64,000 bases of DNA from Paramoeba atlantica (lineage: Eukaryota > Protista > Discosea), in NCBI GenBank assembly GCA_977017575.1, contig CDRNVI010000001.1, forward strand, positions 246,579-310,578, given 5' to 3'. The first letter of the stretch is position 1. Every line of letters starts with the position of its first letter. The notes under the pieces are model-generated. The model saw nothing but the letters and a program-made list of their open reading frames with translations. It ran no database searches and was not told the origin of the DNA. The translations under genes and the position numbers were made by a program. Below, in pieces: positions 1-10,507 of the stretch.

Positions 1-196
1 AATTTTTTTTTTTTTCATATGAATACGATCTCCATGCGAAGCGATCGAAACATGTTAGAACCCAATAAGTAAAACCTATAAATTTACGATTTTGTATGTT
101 GGAGATAATACCTCCTTACACTAAATGGTAAGATTTTCTTGACAAAGAAACTCGCGAAATGCAAAAGTTTTTGTTGAATTATAACGTTATAACGCT

Positions 197-624
197 TTAG
201 AACGTTGTTGTTTCTGAATTTAAAAGAGATACATGGCCATGCCTGTCGCTCTCGTTCCCATGGCGTGAGGGTTCATCTGCTATGTTTTTCTCGGAGCAAA
301 TCCAACGGACCTCCTTGAGATAACCAGGTAGGAAAAACACCTGGTATAACCGGCGTAGCCACTCCATAATTAGCGGGGGTCCTGCCTTCCATTTGGACAG
401 CCATGCCACAACGTTCTTATTATCTGATATCAGTGTACAAGCCTTGATTTTTCTTTCCTTTACCAGTTTTAAGCCCATCTCTGCTGCGAATAGCTCCTTA
501 TATGCAATAGGCTTATCTCTGAGCCAGGCCGCAAAATTTCCAGAGCGATACTGAAGACTGCCGCCCTGCAGCCATGCTAGTCCCCACCCCTTCTCGGAAG
601 CATCACAATACAATTCAAAAGCAC
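197..624 (-). pseudogene. RNase H domain of a DIRS/VIPER-like YR retrotransposon pol (3' part, split from its RT by the 625-1011 insert)
   Basis: Translation shows YCDASEKGWG, KELFAAE, SDN and NIADEPSR, the RNase H motifs of DIRS-type pol. Removing 625-1011 joins it in frame to the RT ORF (...ERGET-SAFELYCDAS). Confidence 0.85.
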
Positions 625-1011
625 TAATAGTCCACGTTTTGAAATTTAGCCGAGGGGCTGTTATGTATTTGCCTGCTGGCCCTTCGGGGCACATAGTTTC
701 TTCGAATTATGATTTGTATTCAGAATTTTACATGGGATGGGTATTTACTATTATCTTATATATCCTTGTTAGGTTGTTATAGGCCGAGGGTTCCGGTGGG
801 GGGGAATCCCGTTAACAACGTGACACATTATTATTGGTTTTATGCAGGCTTTCTTTTGAACTTGTTTGTGCATGTGAATTCTATCTATATATCGTATTAT
901 GTGTTCTTTGCTTTTGGGACGATTTGGAAGTGTGATTATATTAGTCATAGGTATTTACTTATATTTCTTTGTTACTTATAAGTTTCATGGAGCCCCCTCG
1001 GCGTGGATTTC
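625..1011 (+). mobile_element. Solo A-B terminal-repeat remnant of YR family R1 (A-B linker deleted)
   Basis: Starts TAATAGTCCACG and ends CGTGGATTTC. Near-identical to the A and B repeats at 30235-31614 and 35185-35621. Confidence 0.85.
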
Positions 1012-3320
1012 TGGTTTCTCCCCTCTCCAATTTTCTAGGGGTGTTTGCCTCCACTCTATCGATTAGCGCAATAAGGCTCGAGATGAATTTCTGGGACATC
1101 TGGCATGGTAAATCCCATAAGACTGGCTTAGCTGCCAATCTGCGTGCTCTCCCCTTCAGCCAATACATCACAGTTGGAAATTCGCATTGAGTAATACCTA
1201 ACACTCTAGTTGCCCAGAACAGAGTCCCCAACACTTTCCAGATTAGACGGTGCGTCGGCAAGCGATGCTGTTGCGCTAGTAACTTGAATGCCTCGCGTAA
1301 GTGTTTTAATTTATCAATAAACTGAACCGGCAGTGAGAGTTTCTTTTCCTCTAGATTTACCTCAATGCCTAATACCGTGCCCTTACTGGTGGGCTTCGTG
1401 GTGACCGCAATTTCGGCGCCAACCTGCTTCGCACGTTGCAAAGTTTGGCTCAGGTCATCCTCTACATCCTCCTGGCTGGTTCCAAAACGGTAACAATTGT
1501 CGATAAAAGTCAGTGGATGTGAATTACTAACCGGAAGGTTGTGGATCAAGCTTGTAGCCGCATGACCAATTTTTACCGAAGAATGCCATCCCATGGGCAA
1601 TGTGCCCCAACCATATGTCCTTCCCTTAATGCGAACGGCCAAGTAGGGCAGAACATCTTCTGGAAGCCCAAACTGATGGTACCAATTTCTTCCATCCGTC
1701 TCCCCGAAGAATTTGTTTTCCAGGACCGCCTTTTCAATATCCTGCAAGCTCGCTAACGTTAAAGGGCCTGGGACTATAGATTGTATCTCGTTGAGAGGAA
1801 TCGCATTCAAGATCACACGCATGGTTTTCTTCTTCGGTTTGGGAATCAAAAATGCTGTCATCCATATTTTTGCGGTTCTCCGTGGGATTCTCTTTATTAC
1901 CCCGGACCTCACCATCTCCTCTACGAAAGGTTCCAGCCTCTTCGATTCACCGCGATAACGAGGATCGTAATCCTTCCTCAACAAGCCCTTAAACTTATTC
2001 GCGTCCTGCACGAAACCGAATATTTTCTTTTCTTCTCTCACATCGCTTCCAGTTTTCAGTAGAAGTAGTTCTTCTACATTTACCCGTTTTACATCAATCG
2101 GATCGATTGGCCAGTTCTCTTTTCTGGGATGGTTTCTCTCTCCAAAAAACGTCCTGCGCATAAAACTCGTATAGGTATAGGATACAAAATCACAGAGTAT
2201 CCTCCAAGGAGAGGTGCCGGCACCGACAGGTGCGGCGACGCCAGCTCGCCCGTGGTGCTGAGCCGCGTTTAATGAGGACTCTTCCTGAGCCCTATTCCCA
2301 TACCCGCGTGGCATGAGTAATCGCCCGGGTTCCTTCCCGGCGCCCTGAATCATGTCGTCCGATTTACCTTGTTTGGTATCCTCCATGTGGGACTTTTTCT
2401 TCCCCACAATATTTCTGCGTCTCAGGGGTCTTTTCTTCCCTTCTTTTGTCGCTTCCGCGCCTATGCTCGTGCGATGGGAAACATTCTCACCTAAACTCTT
2501 AAATTTCTTGGGAAAATCATCCTTACCTGGGTAAATAGATAGACTGGTCTCATCATGTCCTTTACCAGTACAATCTCCCGGAAATGTTTCACTAGGTGAT
2601 TTTCCAGAATCGTCTCGAACAGAAACTCTAATAAGGCCCGTTCCATAATTTCCTTGGCTCGGTGTGTGTCGAGAACGCCTACCTTGAATCCCTTTCCTAC
2701 TGGAGCTGTTTCCTTTTGAGGGCTGAGTCTTACCCGAAAGCGGAGGCCGGACTTTAAGGTTATGCGACCCCGGTACGGTTTCTCTTTCCGAGGCGAGCTT
2801 CGTGCATTTTCTTTCGTAGAAAAGGGCCCGCGGGAGAGTTTGATCTTTCTCGAGGCGCCTTAATTCCATGTGCCCCCTTTTAAACCCCCTTGGACGTGGA
2901 TTTTCCTTCGCATATCTCCTTCGCACTCGAGCGCGCCGGCGGTTCTTCCCATCTCTCCTCGCGATGACGTTAGCTTCGTGAAACCTCATCATTTCACGCT
3001 GAGCCTGAAGATATTTCCCCTCGAGGGTATCAGCTCTAAGAGCCTCCTTCCAGTAGTCGCCAAATTTCCGACCCATTCTGTGTTTTATTCGCAAATAATG
3101 TATCACCTCCATAGATGGTTCAATCGAACGCATCGTGATAAACAAACCCGCCCTCGCACGAGAACAGCAATCAGCTAGGTGAGCTGCAATGGTATCAAGC
3201 GCCAGATCTAGACTTACGATATCTCTCGATACTGATGAGGGATCTGCAGAGTGGCCGAAACACTTTCGCACCTCGTGCCTAAGCTTTCCAATAAGATTTT
3301 TCCTATAAAGATCACTGCAA
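1012..3320 (-). pseudogene. Gag-like region plus reverse transcriptase of a YR retrotransposon (FIDN family)
   Basis: ORF 959..3421 contains AFLIPKPKKKTMRVILN, ETDGRNWYHQF, TLPMGW and LTFIDN. Homologous to 57382-58366. The ORF's N-terminus is antisense CRE sequence, so the left boundary is approximate. Confidence 0.8.
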
Positions 3321-3324
3321 AAAC

Positions 3325-4984
3325 GGAGGGTGAGGGTCGGTTGAACAGCATTATAAAAAGTGCGGCGGGAGTACGCCAAGGATCTCCTTTGTCCACAATT
3401 TTCTTCTGCGCTTTCCTCCAACCCATTCTTGAAACCCTCGCCTCTGAATTCCCGACTCTACGGATCTATGCCTACATTGACGATATCAGCATTGCGTCAA
3501 CCGAGCCGGAACTTATCGCAAAAGCTTACTTCCGCCTAAGGGAACTGCTGCTCGAGAAACGAGTGGATATGGCCCCTCAAAAGTGTGTCTGGTTCGAAGG
3601 AACACAAAAAATCCCTCTTCCGAATCCATTACAAGGAGCTGGCGTGGCAACTGAAGCACAAGCGATAAAGGTTCTGGGGGCTTTTGTTGGAGAACCAGAC
3701 ATCGTAAGTGAGAAGCTTCTGCAAAAGCTCGAAAAGCACCAAACTATCTTCCGTCGTCTACAGCTTATGGGGGCAAGCAACGTTTCTCTCCTCCTCCTAT
3801 CACGCTGTGTCAACGTGCGCCACAGATATCACATTCGCGTCCACCACCCAGACACATCATTGCACCTTACGCGACAATTCGACTCCAGGGTATCAGATAC
3901 GCTACAGACGTGGTTTGGAGAACTCACAGCAGAACAACTTTCTTGGGCACGCCTTCCCCTCAAAAAAGGCGGGCTTGGACTTACTCCCTCAGAACCTCTT
4001 CGAGAGGCAGCCTACACTCGTTCGAAACTTGCAGCATCGGAGCGACCATCTCACCTTTCAGCTCCCGCCGCTCGTTTAGGCGTAGTGCAGAGCCAACCTC
4101 AACTCAGCCAGCACGCCCCTACGGAGGAAGAAGAAGTCACCGAGGAACTCTACCACAACGACATACGGGACAAATTAATGACAGACAAAACGCAAGCCCA
4201 CATAATACGAGCAGCTAGCTCCAAAGGTAACTATTCATGGCTCACCTCAAATTCTAGACTTGTACCTACGCGACTTTTCAAGTTAGCAGTTATGCCACGC
4301 ATTGGGATTGCACATCCGAGCCTTCCCTCCAATTTACAGTGTCCAGGGTGCCATGCATTACTTACCCCCCGTACAGCGCTCACGCACGTGTCCGGGTGCG
4401 TCAAATGTTCAGGCAATAACGCAACGGCAAAGCACAACAGGATGGTTTGGAATATTTATGAATTATGCATAAAATCAGGTCTGCCCTGTGAGCTGGAACC
4501 CAGACAGTTCTCCACCTATACTTGCGCAAAATGTGGAGCAAGCGTGGATGGCGACGGCAAATCCCATCACCAAAGAACCTGCGGATCCGGATCTTTTTAT
4601 CATTCGGGCCCAGATATCGTGATTCATTGGGCAAGCGGAGATGTATACTACGATTTCACCATCGTCCACGAGCTATCGCAATCAAATGTTGGACGTAGCA
4701 CCGCTCAGCTTTTCCGTGATGCCATAAAACGCAAAGTCTCCAAATACGTGGCGTCTAAGCTTATTCCTAATGAGCAATTCCAATGTGTACCAATGCTCTC
4801 CGGCGGTGCAATGCACAGCAACACCAAAGCGCTTATCACAACCCTGGCTGATGCATGTGGACTCGAACGGGACTTCGTAGTACAGGATTTCACCCTTCGA
4901 CTACAGGAACTTAACGGTTCAGTGGTGATGTCCCAACTCCGCAAATACATAGCCACAACTCAAGTGGACAATACGGCTTTTTAG
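3325..4984 (+). pseudogene. 5'-truncated CRE/SLACS-like non-LTR retrotransposon (RT C-half, CCHC, restriction-like endonuclease); family CRE-A
   Basis: GVRQGSPLS, YAYIDD, GGLGL, CPGC...H...C, KHN and GPDIVIHW...YYDFT motifs in ORF 3251..4984. Confidence 0.9.
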
Positions 4985-5106
4985 GCACGTGCGAGTTTTT
5001 CGGTAGGCGTTGACTATTGATATAAGAGTTGAAGTTTAGACGACTGAAAGTCTATGAAAAGAAACTGAGATGAATGTTCACAGACTGTGTTTTACTTATC
5101 ATTGAA

Positions 5107-5178
5107 AACCTTTTTGTAAGATCAACCTTTTTGTAAGATCAACCTTTTTGTAAGATCAACCTTTTTGTAAAGATCAAC
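5107..5178. repeat. Tandem repeat, 17-bp unit AACCTTTTTGTAAGATC x4
   Basis: Read directly. Lies in the 3' UTR region of the CRE copy. Confidence 0.95.
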
Positions 5179-5770
5179 GAACTTGAATTTGAGATTTTGA
5201 TTCACTTTTTATAAAGAACAGTGACAAAGAACACTACATAAGAAAAAGGTCTGTTTCAAAGTAAACTTCGTAGCCTGACATCTTCGTCTTCTTTTCTTCG
5301 TCTGACGCAAAAATGTTCGAACTTCCAATCTTGCGGCTTGAGGAGGATATCGGTCGACAGGTCGTGACAACTAGGGTCATAACTTCCGAATAATTTTTTC
5401 GGTGAGCTCACCCCTGAAACTCGCAATCCAACTCCTGAGATTTCTCCTTCACCATTAGTGTAGCACGCCATGGGCACGGGGGCTGACCCTCGGACGGTTC
5501 GATGAAAAGACGGTACTCTAGGAGTTTCGAGAACAGGACGATGTGTTGTTGTTTCTGAATTTAAAAGAGATACCTACTTACATTCAGAAATATTTAAATT
5601 CGTAAACAGGTACATTCATCAAATTTAGCATTTCAGAAACACCAACAAAACAAAATCGTTGATTTTTTACATATAAAAAATCCTTTTATGAATAAAATAT
5701 CTTTTTTTTTTTCGAAAATAACTAGGGAAGGATAACACAATATTAGATGACCGGTCTATTATCGTGCCCT

Positions 5771-8683
5771 TTACATCACACACTTTTCAATCTGTTTAAT
5801 GTCAACTTCTTTACCCCGACTTATATGATCGGCCGGATTGTTCAACGTAGACACATATCTCGCCTCGAAACAAATCCCACGTTTCTCAGTGTCTCGTATT
5901 ATTTCTTTCAATTCCTTTGACACTCCTTCTGACTTCGATAATCTCCTGTTCAACGCTGCCTTACAGGAGGTGTTATCCACGAAGATATCCAAGCACGTTC
6001 CTTTGGGGGAGTGCATAGCAAACTTTTTAATAGCCAAGCGGACCGCCATCGCTTCGGCCCGATTCACTTCATACTTAAAATTTTTCGGCCATGCCTCACC
6101 AGTAATTAATACCTCCCCAGAATCAAGGTAAATGATGGCCCCCCATCCCTTCGCAGAAGCATCCGTGTATAACTTGTGGTGGTGAGGAACGGTGTCAGGA
6201 TGAGGAGGCGGGGGTCGGGGAAGATTGCATATCAATTCATTTCGCCATTCGGTAAGTGTAGAACGAGTAACTACCGGAAGATCAACTGGCTTGTCGATCA
6301 AATACGGACAGCGATTTAATAAGTTGATCCTACGCTGCGCGACTTTCATCGCGAAATAAAAGCGTGGCATATTGAGCCGCAAGACTGCAGATCCATACAG
6401 AAGACGCCCCACCGCCGCCTCAAGATCACCAAAAGACAATTTATGAAATTTGTCTTTTTGCAGTTTACTGACCACTCTCGGTCCCAGGCAGACCGTATGA
6501 GTGTCGTGGTCGAAAGCCACCCCATTGAAAACATACTTCAAAGCATGGGGCTGTCCGGCGTCTTTAAAGAGGCCGTTTGCTTTGGAACACCGCTCGTCAA
6601 TAAAGCGAGCGTATTCGACGGCATCGTTCGCTGTCCCCGAAAAACGAACTCCGTCGACGTAAACGTCAGTGGCACCTCTGTGAAACGAGAAACGCTCCTG
6701 ACACACCGACCTCTCGCCGGCAATTGCGGCGGTAACAGTGTGCATGATTTCTGGTGCGCAGCGATGACCCATGGGAAGAACGTTCATCTCGAAAACTTCG
6801 CCCAATGTCGATCGAAATCTAAACTTGGGCCGTGCCTTCAAGGGAATACTAATTTGGTAAAAACCACAAGTGAAGTCGCGCTTCACTGCCATAGCATCAT
6901 GTGCTTTGTGTAGATATTTGGATGGGTGATACAGCGCAACTTCCGGTTCATAATTTAAAAGCCTGTTGTTGTCATCTCGTGTCCAGGATATAAACCTGCG
7001 GCGTTGATTACCTTCATCGTCGGTTTCAACCACTGTAAAGGGGATCATATATTGCATGGATGGTCTTTTGAGTAGGTCCTTCCCCGAAACCTTGCTGATA
7101 ACGCCGGCGTCCTAAAGTAGACGTATGTCTTCCTCGGGCAAAGAACCACGTACCGAAGGCTCGGGGTACGAGCCTGTAGAAACCCATAAAAGTTCATTTA
7201 GTACCTTGCGAAAACGTGTGGCTGCCGCAGGATTTAACCATTCCTTCACTTTGTCCAATTTAATCACCGGGATTGACTTTTTCACATGGAGGGGTAGACT
7301 CATATCCTTCGGTATAGCGAGCCGCGAGCTACGGCGGGCACATATAACGGAGTGCCTACGGAGATAGGGGACTTCGTGAAAACACTTTGTAACATGAGAG
7401 GTTGTTAAAGTACCGGAAGGAGTGCAGACACTCGTTGTGTCCCGAGGGCCCGTGCCGTTGTAACGCTGTTTGCATTGTATCTGAGCAGTGATTCTATGTT
7501 CTGGTGTTTTGTTAGGTTTTGAACCTCCTGCGTGCGCAAATTTCCGAGAGAGATTTCGTGAAACAGATGAGTGATTGCCCCCCTTTTGATAGAGTGCGTC
7601 CCGTACCCCTGACCGAGTATTGATCGTATTTGATGGTCCATCTCGCGGACTGTCGTGTAACAGAGTCGTTGCCCGGGGTTCATGCTTTGGATATGCTGCG
7701 CGAGTTCTGGCGTTCCTGGCCCAGTTACAATGGCGTAAAGGTGTGGTCGAAAAGGGTTTAGGCGTGTGGTCTTTGTCCCCCTCCCCCAATAAATTATCAC
7801 TTCGCAGCTTGTTACACTCACGAACTGTTCTCTTCTTAAATCCGCGGTCTCGGTCCAACGCGCCGCTGCCTTCCAGCATAGGAGGCAACACATGCTCTCC
7901 TTCGGATTCAAGTGTCGGCGTAGCTTTTGTAGAAGAATGGGGTTGACGGGCTGCATTTGGCGCGTGGGCTCTAGCCCCCCCTGTGCTTGCAGGGCCTTTA
8001 TATATAGTTCTAAGGGAGTCGACTCTTCCCCCATTAACTGAAATAAAGTTCGCAAACCTCCTGCGTAACCCATTCTCGTCGAGCTGGCTAGAGGCAGCGA
8101 ATGTAGGAAGAGAACCGCGTTTGTGGAATTTGAAGGAACACCCTTTGCCGCGCAGTACTGCTGCATACGTAGCCAAATTCGCTCCCTGTTGGCCCATGTG
8201 GTCGTGGCCCACATCGGTTCGAGAGCGTCGCTCAGTTGTAGTGTGCGTGGGTCGTTCGGAGGAAGGCGAAGGATGGCTTGGAGAATGGCGTTGCGGTCTG
8301 CGGCGGGTTTTTCTCCTGCGGACTGGTTTAGTGCGCGTATGGGAAGGGACCGACTTCGCGGAGGACGAGTGGAAACAACATGAGGAAGGGGAGGATTGGA
8401 AGAAAGAGGGGGTCGAGGACGCCTCACCGGAGAGTCTCGTCGGGGTAAGCGCGTTTGTAAGGTTGGAGCGGTAGGAGCCCTTTGCCGCCTGAGGCAAGGG
8501 GCACGAGTAATAGGGGTGGGGGGCATTCCCTAGTGGGAACCCCGTGTTGAGCCGGCGTAACGGACGGCGCCGCCCGCCACCCCTCCGCGAAAATCCTGAT
8601 TCGTCGGATGGGAGGGACGAAACTGGTGCTGAGCCTGAGCCATCTGCGGGCAGTCCGCACGAATGTGGCCCGGCTGGTGACAC
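5771..8683 (-). pseudogene. pol (overlap region + RT + RNase H) with one in-frame TAG at 7112-7114
   Basis: ORFs 7112..8683 and 5771..7057 are in the same frame. Motifs: KRDFTCGFYQ, LPMGH, VYVDG, YTDASAKGWG, VDN, NPADHISR. Confidence 0.9.
7405..8526 (-). CDS. Tyrosine recombinase of YR retrotransposon
   Basis: WKAAARWTE (R), GTKTTR (K), HSIKRG (HxxR), TKH (H) and LRY (Y): complete catalytic set. Confidence 0.92.
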   Translation of the reverse strand: MPPTPITRAPCLRRQRAPTAPTLQTRLPRRDSPVRRPRPPLSSNPPLPHVVSTRPPRSRSLPIRALNQSAGEKPAADRNAILQAILRLPPNDPRTLQLSDALEPMWATTTWANRERIWLRMQQYCAAKGVPSNSTNAVLFLHSLPLASSTRMGYAGGLRTLFQLMGEESTPLELYIKALQAQGGLEPTRQMQPVNPILLQKLRRHLNPKESMCCLLCWKAAARWTETADLRREQFVSVTSCEVIIYWGRGTKTTRLNPFRPHLYAIVTGPGTPELAQHIQSMNPGQRLCYTTVREMDHQIRSILGQGYGTHSIKRGAITHLFHEISLGNLRTQEVQNLTKHQNIESLLRYNANSVTTARALGTQRVSALLPVL

Positions 8684-9524
8684 GAGAAGCAGAAAGGCCG
8701 ACGACGGGAGGATCGAACTTGGGGACGACCTCGGAGTTGTTCGTCGAGAACGAGTTGCCCATAACGATCCTTCGGATCATCATCACGATGCAGTCGCTGT
8801 TGCACGCGTTCGACAGCAACACCCGCAGCGGCCCAGTAGGGATTGCGGAGTTCCTCGATTATGAGTTCTGCCACAGCAAGGTTATGTTTCTCCATCCAAC
8901 CCTCCGTCAGGCGAGCAGCGTAGATCCATTCGATAAGGATCTTGAATAAACGGTCCCGCTGCGGTGGCGGGTTGAATCGAACCCCTAGCTGCGGCGCCTC
9001 CCGCAACTCACGGATGAGGTCTCGGGGCTTGAACAAATCCTCCGTGTCGATCCACGGTTGCCACGTAACCGGGTCGTAGGGGGAGAAGCTTTTGGGGTCT
9101 GTAATACGTACTCGTTCAAAGGGCGGGATTAAAGATTGGATCGAATAGCACGGTCTACATGGTCGAGATTAAGGTCTTCATAACGCTGAGGGGAGCGGGA
9201 AGGCTCAACTTGGTCAGGGTTGAGCGTGCTCTGCCGCCGTGGGGGAACATCTCCCGAGTTCTGGGGGGCCGTTAGGGGGTCAGGGTAAGGGCTGGGGTAA
9301 GGAGAAGGGTGTACTGTGCGTCGGTTTCGGCCAGAATAGCGCAGCGAAGGAACCGCGAAAGAGTCTACTGGCGAAGCTGGATCAGGACGAGGTGGTCGCC
9401 CAGCTGGACAAGACAAGGAACGGCGTTTGTCGGGGTCCAAAGGGGAGAGAGGACGTGTTCGCTTAGGGCTGCGGTCTCGCTCATGTCCTGGGTTCGCCGG
9501 CACGCGAAGTCGCTGGGAACGCAT
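8530..9524 (-). pseudogene. gag with C-terminal CCHC zinc knuckle (frameshifted near 9050-9130)
   Basis: CFSCHQPGHIRADC. RDLIRELREAP is homologous to RDLIRELKEAP in gag 12528..13583. Confidence 0.8.
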
Positions 9525-9730
9525 GGTAACAAAAAACGCGTAAAGGAAAAAGATTCTACAAGTAAGTAATCAGTAAATATGTAAATTTTCAGAATACATA
9601 TTGTAGCTTTTATACATGATTCAATTACAACCTCCTTTCGGGGAAAAGAACAATGAAAATTATAACCCCCTTCCGGGGCATTTGACCCGATATTAGCCCC
9701 TCGGTTAAATTTCCATGCGTAGACTTCTAG

Positions 9731-10496
9731 TAAAAACCACAACTGAGGTCTCTCTTAACTGCATACTGTTGTTGTACGGCGGGCATATACATCGTGGGGT
9801 GTCCTATTGGTACGTCAGCTTTATATGCATCCTCAATAGCAGCATTATGTTCTTTAGGCCAACAAATAAATCGCCTACGTAATCCAGTGTCGCGTTCTTC
9901 GACGTTCGTAAAAGGGTGTACGATTCCTTTGGTCGGATATTTGTGCAATGTTTGGTCATTTACTCTTTCCAGGACATCAACATCGATCAAGATGCATACG
10001 TCTTTCTTGCTCAGACATGTGGGAGATACGAGAGGTATAGTGGTGATTGGTGCATCGTTCGTTGGGTTAATAAGTAGTTCCCACACTTGTGTGAAGCGTT
10101 CTCGCGTAGGCGCATTCATCAAAGAAGTTAAACGTTCCAGGTACAGCGGCGGTACATGTTTCGCGTGGATAGGTAGCGTCTGCATCTGCTCCGCCGTAGG
10201 GCGGCATGTTCGGCGAAACATTCTGGTTATCGTACGTCGAATACCGTACTGCATTTTCTCCGTGATTCCGATCCACCCACCTTGGTATTCGAGCGTCTTA
10301 GATTTCATAGGAGTTTGGTCAGCTTCTGACTTCCCAGTGCCAGTGCCGTAGTCTCGTTCATACCTGCATAGCGCATAAGGGTTGACAATTGTTTGTGTTT
10401 GGCCAGCTGCATGACTTGCGGCATAGTTATGGAGCCTTTGGCGACTTGCCTCATCAGGTATTGGACTGATCCATGCTTGAGGGAGTGGGAATCCAT
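9731..10496 (-). pseudogene. Fragment of a second YR element: YR C-terminus (10305-10496) and pol N-terminus (to 9731), cut by the 5518-9730 element
   Basis: HSLKHG...AKH...MRY. RRRFICWPK and KRDLSCGFY are homologous to 50777..52063. Confidence 0.8.
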
Positions 10497-10507
10497 GCTT
10501 GAGGGAG

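Larger units (their letters stand above)
5518..9730 (-). mobile_element. VIPER-like YR retrotransposon (A repeat - gag - YR - pol - B, no A2-B2)
   Basis: 5' end CTAGAAGTCTACG is identical to the 5' end of the 12337 element. It carries gag, YR and pol, and its 3' UTR ends in CTAG at 5518-5521. The 3' boundary is less certain. Confidence 0.75.

Noticed and set aside
3232-3262. Hammerhead-like CTGATGA...GAAAC
   Set aside because: Stem II is only 2 bp, no stems I/III were found, and it lies antisense within gag coding sequence.
5256-5517. Continuation of the RT interrupted at 9731
   Set aside because: No frame beyond 5518 resembles the expected RT sequence after GFY. The two flanks of the 5518-9730 element do not rejoin, so it is not counted as a clean insertion.
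7112-7114. Stop-codon reassignment (TAR = Glu as in Blastocrithidia), suggested by in-frame TAGs at Glu-aligned positions (7112, 12289)
   Set aside because: ORFs of 600-1000 codons have no in-frame TAR. The TAA at 32440 is explained by a small insertion relative to the 62060 homolog. Single G->T changes suffice.
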